From assembly GCA_965203095.1 (NCBI GenBank), contig OZ241877.1, positions 192,001 through 256,000 of the forward strand: 64,000 nt of DNA. The letters are read 5' to 3'. This document shows positions 1 through 8,973 of the stretch, one piece after another (positions within the stretch are counted from its first letter, which is position 1; each line of letters opens with the position of its first letter). Source of the stretch: Bdellovibrionales bacterium (GTDB lineage Bacteria; Bdellovibrionota; Bdellovibrionia; Bdellovibrionales; UBA1609). Below the pieces are notes generated by a model. It was not told where the DNA came from, ran no database searches, and saw only the letters and a program-made list of their open reading frames with translations. The position numbers were made by a program, and so were the translations under genes.

Positions 1-207
1 AATAAGTTGCCAAAGCTATTTTAAAAAAAACTTAGGGTGGCTTCTCTGGGATGAGAAGGCGAGCCTTCCTCTCCAGTAATTTTGTAGGCTGGGCTCTCTC
101 TTTTAGTTGGCCCCGGACCCACAAAACAGCAATAAGGCTCACAATCAGAAAGTGGACATGAACTATCAATATTATTAGATCTTTTTTGTTTTTTCTTTTA
201 GTAGGAG

Positions 208-690
208 TTATAGATTTTTTGCTTTGCATGAAAAAAGCTCCAATTTTTTGATAAGCCATTTCTTTTCTTTTATCCATTCAAAAAGTGCTTTGCAAACAAC
301 AGGGGTAGAGCCTCTTTCAAAATGAGCGTCAAAATAAGTTCTCCCTTGTGTTTTCCCCTCCATTTGAATGGTTAAATTCTCGTAATCCACCTTTCCCGTT
401 TGGCCATGTTTAAAATAAGACAACAACAAAGAGCGAAACTCATTTAAAGATCGAGCGGAATAAACAGAACCCTCATACTCTGCCCTCACTTGCACATCAA
501 AATGAATGTATTTGGCCATTTTTGAAACTTTTGAAATGAGATTCATTTCTGATTGTGGGCCCCCTCCTACAGAGGCTAAGGCGATAAGCTTTTGACTTTT
601 CTTTTTTAAACGAGACTCTGGGCTTTGGATCACTTTCCAAAAAGCCATAAGGGCCAAGCCTAAGGCTATAAATCCTACAATAAACTTCAT
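208..690 (-). CDS. hypothetical protein with N-terminal membrane anchor
   Basis: 160-aa ORF with hydrophobic N-terminus (MKFIVGFIALGLALMAFW); co-oriented directly downstream of the WG-repeat gene. Confidence 0.65.
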   Translation of the reverse strand: MKFIVGFIALGLALMAFWKVIQSPESRLKKKSQKLIALASVGGGPQSEMNLISKVSKMAKYIHFDVQVRAEYEGSVYSARSLNEFRSLLLSYFKHGQTGKVDYENLTIQMEGKTQGRTYFDAHFERGSTPVVCKALFEWIKEKKWLIKKLELFSCKAKNL

Positions 691-706
691 TTTTAGAGGG
701 GACTAA

Positions 707-1768
707 TCAGCCCAACCATTTGATGAAAAGCCATTCACTACCCTGTTGAACCACAGCCAAACCTTCGGAAAAAGGCATGGCAGAATCAAATTGAGGGCTT
801 ATGACAAACTCCCCCTTCTTATTGATAAAGCCGTATTTCCCGTTTTGCTCCACAACGGCTAAACCTTCGGAAAAGGACATGGCACTATCAAACTCCAGAT
901 CTATAATTTCTCTCCCTGCTCTATTGATAAAGCCATATTTCCCGTTTTGCTCCACCACAGCCAGCCCTTCGGAAAAGGACATGGCACTATCAAACTCCAG
1001 ATCTATAATTTCCCTTCCTGCTCTATTGATAAAGCCATATTTCCCGTTTTGCTCCACCACAGCCAAACCTTCGGAAAAAGATGCAGCCTGATCAAAATGA
1101 AAATCCGTGATTTTTTTACCCGATTTGTTAATAAAGCCATACTTACCATCCTGATAGATTAAGGCCAGATTTTCAAAAAAAGGCAGGGCATAATCAAATT
1201 CCAGATCTATAATTTCTCTTCCTGCTCTATTGATAAAGCCGTATTTCCCATTTCTCTCCACAACGGCTAGCCCTTCGGAAAAGGCTCCGGCATAGCCAAA
1301 CTGAGGGCTTATTACCCACTCCCCATCTTGGTTGATAAAGCCTCGTAGGCCATCCCTTTCCACCACAGCCAGCCCTTCGGAAAAGGACATAGCATAATCA
1401 AATTCCAGATCTATAATTTCTCTCCCTACTCTATTGATAAAGCCGTATTTCCCGTTTTGCTCCACCACGGCCAAGCCTTCGGAAAAAGCTCCGGCAGAGT
1501 CAAATCTCATATCTATAACCTCATTCCAATTCAAATCCACAAAGCCGTATTTCCCGTTATTTCCCACTACAGATAGACCCTCAGAGAAAGGCAAAACGCT
1601 TTCTAAATGACTGTAAAAAGGCCAAGACTTTTCATAATCTATTGGGTTAAAAGGCAATTCTAAATAAGCACAGGAATAATTTTTCCCACATTTAAAAAGC
1701 TTTGTAGGCTCCAGCCCAAAAGCTTGTGAAAAGATAAAAAACAATGCCAAAAAAATAAAATTCCCCAT
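707..1768 (-). CDS. secreted WG (KWG/WG_beta_rep) repeat protein
   Basis: Nine ~36-aa units F(S/F)E(G/N)LAVV..NGKYGFIN..G..II...FD; signal-like N-terminus from ATG 1768 (MGNFIFLALFFIFSQAFG). Confidence 0.9.
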   Translation of the reverse strand: MGNFIFLALFFIFSQAFGLEPTKLFKCGKNYSCAYLELPFNPIDYEKSWPFYSHLESVLPFSEGLSVVGNNGKYGFVDLNWNEVIDMRFDSAGAFSEGLAVVEQNGKYGFINRVGREIIDLEFDYAMSFSEGLAVVERDGLRGFINQDGEWVISPQFGYAGAFSEGLAVVERNGKYGFINRAGREIIDLEFDYALPFFENLALIYQDGKYGFINKSGKKITDFHFDQAASFSEGLAVVEQNGKYGFINRAGREIIDLEFDSAMSFSEGLAVVEQNGKYGFINRAGREIIDLEFDSAMSFSEGLAVVEQNGKYGFINKKGEFVISPQFDSAMPFSEGLAVVQQGSEWLFIKWLG

Positions 1769-1998
1769 AAAAAACCTCAAGTGAGGGGACCAAGCTATCA
1801 AAACCAAAAAGTAAAGTCAAATAAGAATTTTAAAAAATAGGGATTTTCCCCCTCATAAAATGCCTTCTGTTTGACTTTTTTCCTGTTCCTCAGCTATGAT
1901 AAATCTGTTTGGAGATGAACTGAAACTTTTTTCAAAAACAAAGGGGGCTTGCCATCCAATTCAAAATCGAGAAACTGGCCTTTTTTATCAACTTATTT

Positions 1999-3465
1999 TT
2001 GCCCATTTCTTTTGTTTTGAGCTGGTATTTTCTGTCCCTCAACTCCTTAGTCAGCATTTTTCTGATGGGGCTGTTGGGCTTAAATATTTACTGTCGCTAT
2101 ATCCAAAAAACACACACTTTGCTCACTAATTTTGGAATATTGGCTTTTCTCCGTTATTTTTTAGAAAGCCTGGGGCCTGAGTTTCGCCAATACCTTTACT
2201 CCAGCGATATAGAGGAAAGGCCCTTTAACCGTGTGGAGCGAAGGGATGTTTATGTGAAGGCTAAAAATCAAGACAAAGCCTCTGCCTTTGGCTCTTTGTT
2301 AAACTTTGACGGTAGCGAATGGAAACTCAAACACTCCCTTTACCCTGAAAGCCAAAAAGGGATTCAAGCTTTTTCTCTCACTTTTGGAGAAGAGCGAGGT
2401 TTAAAAAACACCTATTCTATCAACAAACCCCTTTTAATTGGAGGGATGAGTTATGGTTCTTTAGGGAAAAGAGCTGTGCAGGCTTTGGCCCGCGGGGCAA
2501 AAAAAGCAGGTATCCCTATGAACACAGGTGAAGGGGGCTATCCCGAATACCACTTAATGGAAGATTGTGATCTGATCTTTCAGATGGGAACAGCCAAGTT
2601 TGGTGTGAGGAAGGAGAACGGGGATTTGGACCCCGATCGTTTAGCAAAACTTTGCGAAAAGCCCAAAATTAAAATGCTGGAAATCAAGTTTTCCCAAGGA
2701 GGGAAACCCGGCAAAGGGGGCCTTCTTCCAAAAGAAAAGATCTCTGAGGAAATTGCTCGTTTAAGAAATATTCCCTTAGGCCAAGATCTCTTCTCCCCAC
2801 CAAGGCATAAAGAGTGCCTATCGGCCCTATCCACAGTCAGATTTGTCCGGCAAATTCAAGACATAAGTCAAATTCCTGTGGGTATTAAATTTTGCCTCGG
2901 AAGGGAAAAAGAGCTTTATGAGCTTTTTTCCGTTATGAAAAAAGAAAATCTTTTTCCAGATTACATTGCTTTAGACGGATCTGAGGGGGGGACTGGGGCC
3001 GCCCCAAAAACTTTTATGGATGATTTGGGCTGGCCTTTAAACTCGGCTCTTCAAATTCTCCGCAAAATTTTAAGCGAACTCAATATGGAAAATCGTTTTC
3101 AAATCCTTTGCTCTGGGAAACTCATCAATTCTGGAAAACAGATGATGGCTTTGGCCTTAGGTGCAAACGCTGTTTATACTGCCAGAGGTTTTTTGTTGGC
3201 CTTAGGTTGCATTCAGGCTTTGCGATGCCACAGCAATACTTGCCCTACGGGGATCACAACCCACAATCCTCGTTTAATGAGAGGCTTGAATATTGAAGAA
3301 AAGTCAGAACGAGTTAAAAATTATGCCAATGGCTTAATCAAAAACAATTATGAGCTTTTAGGGGCTTTGGGTTTAAAAAACTTTTCTGAACTGAAACCAG
3401 AACATGTGATCTCGCCAGGCCTTTGGCATCGTAAGGGGTCTAATGGCGTGCCCGAGAGGATTTGA
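1999..3465 (+). CDS. FMN-binding glutamate synthase family protein (stand-alone FMN domain with N-terminal TM segments); start uncertain
   Basis: Motifs GGMSYGSL, NTGEGG, EIKFSQGGKPGKGG, DGSEGGTGAAP and CIQALRCHSNTCPTGITT (3Fe-4S Cys motif). Confidence 0.9.
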   Translation: MPISFVLSWYFLSLNSLVSIFLMGLLGLNIYCRYIQKTHTLLTNFGILAFLRYFLESLGPEFRQYLYSSDIEERPFNRVERRDVYVKAKNQDKASAFGSLLNFDGSEWKLKHSLYPESQKGIQAFSLTFGEERGLKNTYSINKPLLIGGMSYGSLGKRAVQALARGAKKAGIPMNTGEGGYPEYHLMEDCDLIFQMGTAKFGVRKENGDLDPDRLAKLCEKPKIKMLEIKFSQGGKPGKGGLLPKEKISEEIARLRNIPLGQDLFSPPRHKECLSALSTVRFVRQIQDISQIPVGIKFCLGREKELYELFSVMKKENLFPDYIALDGSEGGTGAAPKTFMDDLGWPLNSALQILRKILSELNMENRFQILCSGKLINSGKQMMALALGANAVYTARGFLLALGCIQALRCHSNTCPTGITTHNPRLMRGLNIEEKSERVKNYANGLIKNNYELLGALGLKNFSELKPEHVISPGLWHRKGSNGVPERI

Positions 3466-3520
3466 ACCCCTAACCTTCTGATCCGTAGTCAGATGCTCTA
3501 TCCAGTTGAGCTACGGGCAC
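3444..3520 (-). tRNA. tRNA-Arg(ACG)
   Basis: Reverse complement GTGCCCGTAGCTCAACTGGATAGAGC...CT-ACG-GA...GGTTCAAATCC...CGGGCACGCCA forms a cloverleaf with CCA end. Confidence 0.97.
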
Positions 3521-3719
3521 AGGCGGATTTTATTTTTTTAAATCCAAACAGCTCACTTGTCCAACATATTTTTTATAGGCGACTAATCCTCCGTGAAAAA
3601 CCTGTTAAAAGGCTTTATTTTAGGAGGAAAATCAATGCACTTGAAATTGAGACCATCTATGATATAGATACAAAATGAACCTTGATATACTGTTGGCTTT
3701 TTAATAAACAATGGCCCCA

Positions 3720-3814
<95 letters not shown>

Positions 3815-3833
3815 TTTTAAGGAGAAACAAATC

Positions 3834-5009
3834 ATGCCCGTTTATATTATTTCTGCTAAAAGAACTCCTATCGGAAAATTTAAAGGAGCTTTGGCCGGCC
3901 TCTCTGCCGTCCAGTTAGGAGCTATAGTCATTAAAGCCATTTTAGAAGAGCAAAAAGGCCTTTTTGATCCCAAAGAAATTTCTGAATGCATTGTGGGCCA
4001 AGTGCTCAGTGCCGGTGCGGGGCAAGCCCCAGCCCGACAAACCGCCTTAAAAGCGGGCTTAGCTCCCTCTTCAGCTTGCACCACAGTAAATAAAGTTTGT
4101 GGCTCTGGTTTAAAGGCTGTAATGATGGCCTGCGACAGTATTGAATTGGGCCGTGCTCATCTTATAATAGCAGGAGGGCAAGAGAGTATGAGCCAGGCCC
4201 CGCATATTTTACCTAAGGCTCGTTTTGGCTTTTCCCTTGGGGAAACTTCTCTTGTAGATAGCCTTTTAGAGGACGGACTTATCAACCCTTATGATAAAAA
4301 ACACATGGGGCAAATAGGAGAACTTTGTGCTCAAAAATACAACTTAAACCTTGAACAACAAAATGTTTATGCAAAAAATAGTTTTGAAAAAGCCTTTAAG
4401 GCCCAAAAAAATCATTGGTTTAAAGAGGAGAGTGTGCCTATCTCAATCAATGGGACAACAGTTTTGGAGCAAGATGAACTGCTCTCTCAAAAAAATTATG
4501 AAAGGATAGACAGTGCCCGCCCTGTTTTTGAAAAAGAGGGCACTGTGACCGCCGGAAACGCCAGCAAAATTAACGATGGGGCGGCCTTCTTACTGCTGGC
4601 CAGCGAAAAGGCCGTTCAGCAATTTAAACTTAAACCTTTGGCTCGAGTTTTGGGTTATAGTGGCTTTGCCCAAGAGCCTCATTGGTTTACAACTGCACCC
4701 ATTCATTCCATAAAAAAACTTTTAAAACTCATGAGGCTCAAAACAGAAGATGTGGATTTGTTTGAAGTGAATGAAGCCTTTAGTGCTGTGGCTTTGGCTG
4801 TGGCTCAAAATGTTCCCATCCCCTCAGATCGGCTGAATGTGCATGGCGGAGCTGTAGCCTTAGGGCATCCCATTGGGGCCAGCGGGGCACGGATTTTAAG
4901 CACCTTAGTTCATGCTTTAAAAACCCATCAGAAAAAAATAGGAATGGCCTCCATCTGCCTGGGTGGTGGCGAGGCCCTATCCCTGTCTGTTGAAAGGCTC
5001 AAATCATAA
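3834..5009 (+). CDS. atoB: acetyl-CoA C-acetyltransferase (thiolase)
   Basis: NKVCGSG, EVNEAF, GHPIGASG and CLGGG thiolase motifs; AGGAG RBS before ATG 3834. Confidence 0.93.
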   Translation: MPVYIISAKRTPIGKFKGALAGLSAVQLGAIVIKAILEEQKGLFDPKEISECIVGQVLSAGAGQAPARQTALKAGLAPSSACTTVNKVCGSGLKAVMMACDSIELGRAHLIIAGGQESMSQAPHILPKARFGFSLGETSLVDSLLEDGLINPYDKKHMGQIGELCAQKYNLNLEQQNVYAKNSFEKAFKAQKNHWFKEESVPISINGTTVLEQDELLSQKNYERIDSARPVFEKEGTVTAGNASKINDGAAFLLLASEKAVQQFKLKPLARVLGYSGFAQEPHWFTTAPIHSIKKLLKLMRLKTEDVDLFEVNEAFSAVALAVAQNVPIPSDRLNVHGGAVALGHPIGASGARILSTLVHALKTHQKKIGMASICLGGGEALSLSVERLKS

Positions 5010-5150
5010 TTTTTTTGTAAAAAATTATAAAATTTTTGTAAAAAAAGAGGATTGAGACATCATTGAGACATCAAAAAATGGGCTGAAAGGCCCAAAAAAC
5101 AGGGATTTTATGCGGTGTGTTAAAAAAACAAAAAAAAATTAAAAAAAAGC

Positions 5151-5178
5151 TTGACAAAAATCAGGACTATGGTATTGT
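5151..5178 (+). promoter_or_regulatory. sigma70-type promoter
   Basis: TTGACA, 16-bp spacer, TG-n-TATTGT extended -10; A-rich upstream tract. Confidence 0.65.
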
Positions 5179-5184
5179 GAGTAT

Positions 5185-5264
5185 TGCTCTAAGACGGTCC
5201 ACCAAGGTTTTATGAGGTGTCAAAGCTGAATGAGGCTGAGGGGGCTATCTTGGGCGTTTTTTTT
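5185..5264 (+). ncRNA. candidate small RNA or structured leader upstream of ihfA
   Basis: Follows a consensus promoter; 5' CTAAGACGGTCC can pair with 3' GGGCTATCTTGG; followed by a T8 run; family not recognised. Confidence 0.4.
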
Positions 5265-5313
5265 GCCTTTTTTCAATAAAAAGAGTCCCTCCCAATTAGT
5301 TAGACTGTCAAAT

Positions 5314-5610
5314 ATGAAGAAAAAGATATTCAACAAAAAAGACATTGCTCAAGTGGTCTATAATAAAATAGGCTATCACAAAGCCGTCAGTAAGGAATTA
5401 GTGGATTCACTTTTTCATATTATAAAACAGAATTTGATACTGGGTCGAGGGGTCAAAATCCATGGTTTTGGAACATTCTTTCTTAAAGATAAAAAAGCCA
5501 GAAAAGGGAGAAATCCCCAAACGGGAAAAGCTTTAACCATTTCTGCGAGAAGGATTCTTCGTTTTCGAATCAGCTCTCTTTTGAAAAAGCAAATTATATC
5601 TAATAAATGA
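5314..5610 (+). CDS. ihfA: integration host factor subunit alpha (HU/IHF family)
   Basis: VKIHGFGTFFLKDKKARKGRNPQTGK motif; followed by a MerR-like gene as in the common ihfA-merR pair; ATG 5314. Confidence 0.85.
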   Translation: MKKKIFNKKDIAQVVYNKIGYHKAVSKELVDSLFHIIKQNLILGRGVKIHGFGTFFLKDKKARKGRNPQTGKALTISARRILRFRISSLLKKQIISNK

Positions 5611-6029
5611 TCCCGCTGGACCATCATTTTAAAACCATTTCCGATCAAATGGATCGGCTACCCGATAAACCCAACTTTAAAATTGGAGAGGTGGGAAATA
5701 TTGTAGGAGTATCCCACAGTATCTTGCGGTATTGGGAAAAAAAACTCCCCACCCTAAAGCCACAAAAATTTGCCAATAAACAGAGAATATACTTTAAAAA
5801 AGACATAAAAACATTGTTTTTAATTAAAGCCTTATTTTATAAAGAAAATCTCTCTATTAGGGCTTTGCAAAAAAGCTTGCCTTATTGCTATCGAAAACTC
5901 CAACAAAGGGAAAATTATTTAAAAACCAAAAACTCGGCTAAAAAAAAGGTCTATCAGTTATTGGATTCTATAGAACAAATGCGTCGCTTAACCAAAGAAG
6001 ATATACCCCATCAATCAAAACTTCTTTAA
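5607..6029 (+). CDS. MerR family transcriptional regulator
   Basis: FKIGEV..IVGVSHSILRYWE HTH; ATGA overlap with ihfA. Confidence 0.88.
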   Translation: MIPLDHHFKTISDQMDRLPDKPNFKIGEVGNIVGVSHSILRYWEKKLPTLKPQKFANKQRIYFKKDIKTLFLIKALFYKENLSIRALQKSLPYCYRKLQQRENYLKTKNSAKKKVYQLLDSIEQMRRLTKEDIPHQSKLL

Positions 6030-6050
6030 GATTTCAATTTTCGCAGGAAG

Positions 6051-6947
6051 TTAAAGCCTTTCTAAACGAGCGATTCTCTCTTGAAGAGGAGGATGAGTGG
6101 AAAATACACTCCCCTTGGCCTTTTTTCCTGAAATTTGAAGATAGTTGTAAGACTCCGTTTTTGTCCCTCGGCCCCCACTATGAGCAAAAGCCCTTGAAGA
6201 AGGCAAGAGCCTTTCTAAAGCTTTTAAGGCCGAGATCATGTTGTCTCGTCCGGCAAATCTGGCCCCGCCTTTATCTGCTCGAAATTCTCTTTTTTTGGAA
6301 AAATAATTCAAAACCAAAGAACCTAAAATTCCAAAAGCTATTTGAAGAGCTATAAAAATAAAATACTCCATAAAAAAGGAGCGACTTCTCATTCTACTGG
6401 CTATCAACTGTGCCACAAAACGAGCGGCCAACAAAACCATTGTGTTAATTAAACCCTGAAGAAGGGTCATTGTCACCATATCCCCATTAACTATATGAGC
6501 CACTTCATGAGCTATTACCCCCTCTAACTCATTTTTATTCATGGAGCGGAGGAGTCCTGATGAAACCGCTACAAGGGATTTTCTTTTACTGGGGCCGGTG
6601 GCAAAGGCATTGGGGCTTTCGCTTTCATAAACCCCCACCTCTGGTTTTTCTGGTAATTTTGCCCGCATGGCCATTTCATGAACTAAATTTACTAACTCCT
6701 TCTCCTCCCCTACAGCTGTTCGAGGATTAAGGACACGAACTCCCATAAATTTTTTGGCAAAAACACGGGACATAGCCAAAGAAAAAAAAGCCCCACCAAA
6801 ACCAATTAAAGAGTAAAAAACAAGATAAAAGCCCCATTCCCCTTTAATACCCAATGCCTGAACAATAATAGTCCCTAAAACACTGGCCATTAAAACAACC
6901 AGAATATTGATTAGGAAAAAAAAGAACATTCTCCTCATAAAGCCCAT
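6051..6947 (-). CDS. htpX: protease HtpX (M48 zinc metalloprotease)
   Basis: PNAFATG, AHEVAH, NGDMVTMTLLQG, REFRAD and FSTHPPL motifs. Confidence 0.95.
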   Translation of the reverse strand: MGFMRRMFFFFLINILVVLMASVLGTIIVQALGIKGEWGFYLVFYSLIGFGGAFFSLAMSRVFAKKFMGVRVLNPRTAVGEEKELVNLVHEMAMRAKLPEKPEVGVYESESPNAFATGPSKRKSLVAVSSGLLRSMNKNELEGVIAHEVAHIVNGDMVTMTLLQGLINTMVLLAARFVAQLIASRMRSRSFFMEYFIFIALQIAFGILGSLVLNYFSKKREFRADKGGARFAGRDNMISALKALERLLPSSRAFAHSGGRGTKTESYNYLQISGKKAKGSVFSTHPPLQERIARLERL

Positions 6948-7085
6948 GTGGCCTCCTCATGTTTTTGTTTGGGCAAAGCAAAAATTATTTTCTTAGGCTA
7001 TAATTTTTACAAAAAGCCATCCATATAAGGCCAGTATAATAAAAGCAAAAACAAAAGAGTCAATAAAAAAATCAAAAAAATCCCT

Positions 7086-7760
7086 TTACTTTTGAGAGAA
7101 AAGGGAAAAAACCACAAGCAGTAGGAGGAAGAGAAAAGCCAGCTTTTGCAACCTATTTTTTTTATGAAAATGATTAAATCCTTGGACAAAAGGGCGAGAC
7201 ATATAATCCACTTCAAAGTTGAGCTGGTCTCCTTTTTGAATGCGGGACAGGTTGGTCTCTTTTAATGTTTTAGGAATTAGGCTTATGTCCAACAAAGGGC
7301 CATTAGCTTTGTTGACTGTCAAACTCACTCCGTTTAAGGCAATATAAGCCTTGTCCCAAAAAAAGCTTTTAAATTTTTTAGGGACGGCTATTCGAATCCG
7401 CCGGCTCTCCCCCAACTTTTTAACATCTTTAACAAGGGCCAGGCCATCTCCATGGCCTGTCACATAGTGCCCGCCTATAGCACTTTGCAAAGTGAGAGAA
7501 GGCTCTAAATTCAAAGTAGAGTCTCTTAACTTTTCCGGAGTCCATCCTGTTATTTTTAAAGTCTCAGGTGATAAGGCAAAGCTGAGCCTTTGGCCCTCTA
7601 TCCCTTCTAAGGTCAAACAGATACCATTCACACATAAGCTGTCCCCCTCCTCAATAGATGATGGAAATGAGGGAGGTTTTTTTATTTTTAAGTGCAAAAT
7701 AGGAGCTTGAAGGCGAACTTCTAAAACGGGACTGACCCATTTCACTCTTCCGGAAAACAT
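7086..7760 (-). CDS. ribE: riboflavin synthase (alpha chain) with hydrophobic C-terminal tail
   Basis: MFSG start, GDSLCVNGICLT, LNLE..L...IGGHYVTGH.DG, IALNGVSLTVN, NFEVD. Confidence 0.9.
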   Translation of the reverse strand: MFSGRVKWVSPVLEVRLQAPILHLKIKKPPSFPSSIEEGDSLCVNGICLTLEGIEGQRLSFALSPETLKITGWTPEKLRDSTLNLEPSLTLQSAIGGHYVTGHGDGLALVKDVKKLGESRRIRIAVPKKFKSFFWDKAYIALNGVSLTVNKANGPLLDISLIPKTLKETNLSRIQKGDQLNFEVDYMSRPFVQGFNHFHKKNRLQKLAFLFLLLLVVFSLFSQK

Positions 7761-7778
7761 AAAATTCCCCTTGTCCTC

Positions 7779-8933
7779 TTAAAAATGCAACTGATTGTCC
7801 TCTAAAACACTTCGGGCAATAATAACCCGCATGATCTCATTAGTCCCTTCTAAAATTTGATGCACACGGGCCTCTCTCATCAAACGTTCCACAGGATATT
7901 CCTTCATGTAGCCATAGCCTCCAAAAATTTGAATGGCCTGATTGCAAATATCAAAGCACAAATCAGTGGCCAACCTTTTGGCCATAGCACAATAGACATG
8001 AGCTTGAGGATGGCCCTTATCCAATTGAAAAGCGGCCAAGCGAACCATCCCGCGAGAGGCGGTCAGATGGGTCATCATATCTGCTATTTTAAAACGAAGA
8101 GCTTGAAAAGAGCTGATGGATTTCCCAAACTGCTCCCTCTCTTTCATATATTTTTGAGAGTGATAGATGGCCCCGGCCCCGGCCCCTACAGAGCAAGAGG
8201 CAATGTTGATTCGGCCACCGTTTAAAGCCTTCATGGCTATTTTAAAACCCTCAGCCTCCTGACCAATAATGTGATCTTCCGGCACTTTCACATCATCTAA
8301 ATTTACAATTCGTGTGGGTTGGGAGTTCCAACCCATTTTGGACTCGTTTTTTCCATAAGAAATACCTTTGAGATCTGCTGGAACAACAAAGCTGGAAATG
8401 CCCTTAGGCCCAGGACCACCTGTTCGGGCCATTACAAGCAAAACCTCTGTAGAACCAGCACCGGAGACAAAAGTTTTTGTCCCCTTAAGCAACCACTTTC
8501 CCCCCTGTTTTTTGGCTGTGGTTTTAAGCCCGGCGGAATCGGAACCGGACCAAGGTTCTGTTAGGCAATAAGAACCCAAATATTCCCCTTGAATCATTTT
8601 AGGGACAAACTTTTTTCTTAAAGACTCTGTTCCATAAGTATCAATCGTCCAGGCCACCATGTTGTGAATGGAGATATAAGCTGTTGTGGAGGGGCAGGCT
8701 TTGGCCATCTCCTCAATAATGATGGAGCTGTCCAAACGGGAAAGGGCCATGCCTCCTAAATCTTCCTTCAAGCAAAGCCCCAGGAAGCCCATTTTAGCTG
8801 ATTTTTTAATGACTTCTTTAGGGAAGATCTTTTTTTCATCCCATTCCCCGGCTTTATCTTTCAGCTCCTTTTCAGCAAAATCTTTGGCCAGGGATTGAAA
8901 GGCCTTTTGCTCCTCATTCAAATTAAAGTCCAT
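7779..8933 (-). CDS. acyl-CoA dehydrogenase (isobutyryl-CoA dehydrogenase-like)
   Basis: YCLTEPWSGSD, REQFGK, QIFGGYGYM and HQILEGTNEIMR motifs. Confidence 0.93.
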   Translation of the reverse strand: MDFNLNEEQKAFQSLAKDFAEKELKDKAGEWDEKKIFPKEVIKKSAKMGFLGLCLKEDLGGMALSRLDSSIIIEEMAKACPSTTAYISIHNMVAWTIDTYGTESLRKKFVPKMIQGEYLGSYCLTEPWSGSDSAGLKTTAKKQGGKWLLKGTKTFVSGAGSTEVLLVMARTGGPGPKGISSFVVPADLKGISYGKNESKMGWNSQPTRIVNLDDVKVPEDHIIGQEAEGFKIAMKALNGGRINIASCSVGAGAGAIYHSQKYMKEREQFGKSISSFQALRFKIADMMTHLTASRGMVRLAAFQLDKGHPQAHVYCAMAKRLATDLCFDICNQAIQIFGGYGYMKEYPVERLMREARVHQILEGTNEIMRVIIARSVLEDNQLHF

Positions 8934-8973
8934 CTCTCCTCTCTGCTTAATGACTTAATCGCCCATAATAAAG

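Noticed and set aside
1915..1923. TGA read as Trp (alternative genetic code)
   Set aside because: TGA ends conserved genes here (ihfA, greA, guaB, tatD), Trp is TGG and tRNA-Trp has a CCA anticodon
5185..5264. SRP RNA, 6S RNA or a known riboswitch
   Set aside because: No SRP domain IV signature, too short for 6S, and no riboswitch consensus recognised; kept only as an unknown candidate
7007..7075. Small TM peptide downstream of riboflavin synthase
   Set aside because: T-rich sequence gives hydrophobic translations in several frames; no independent support
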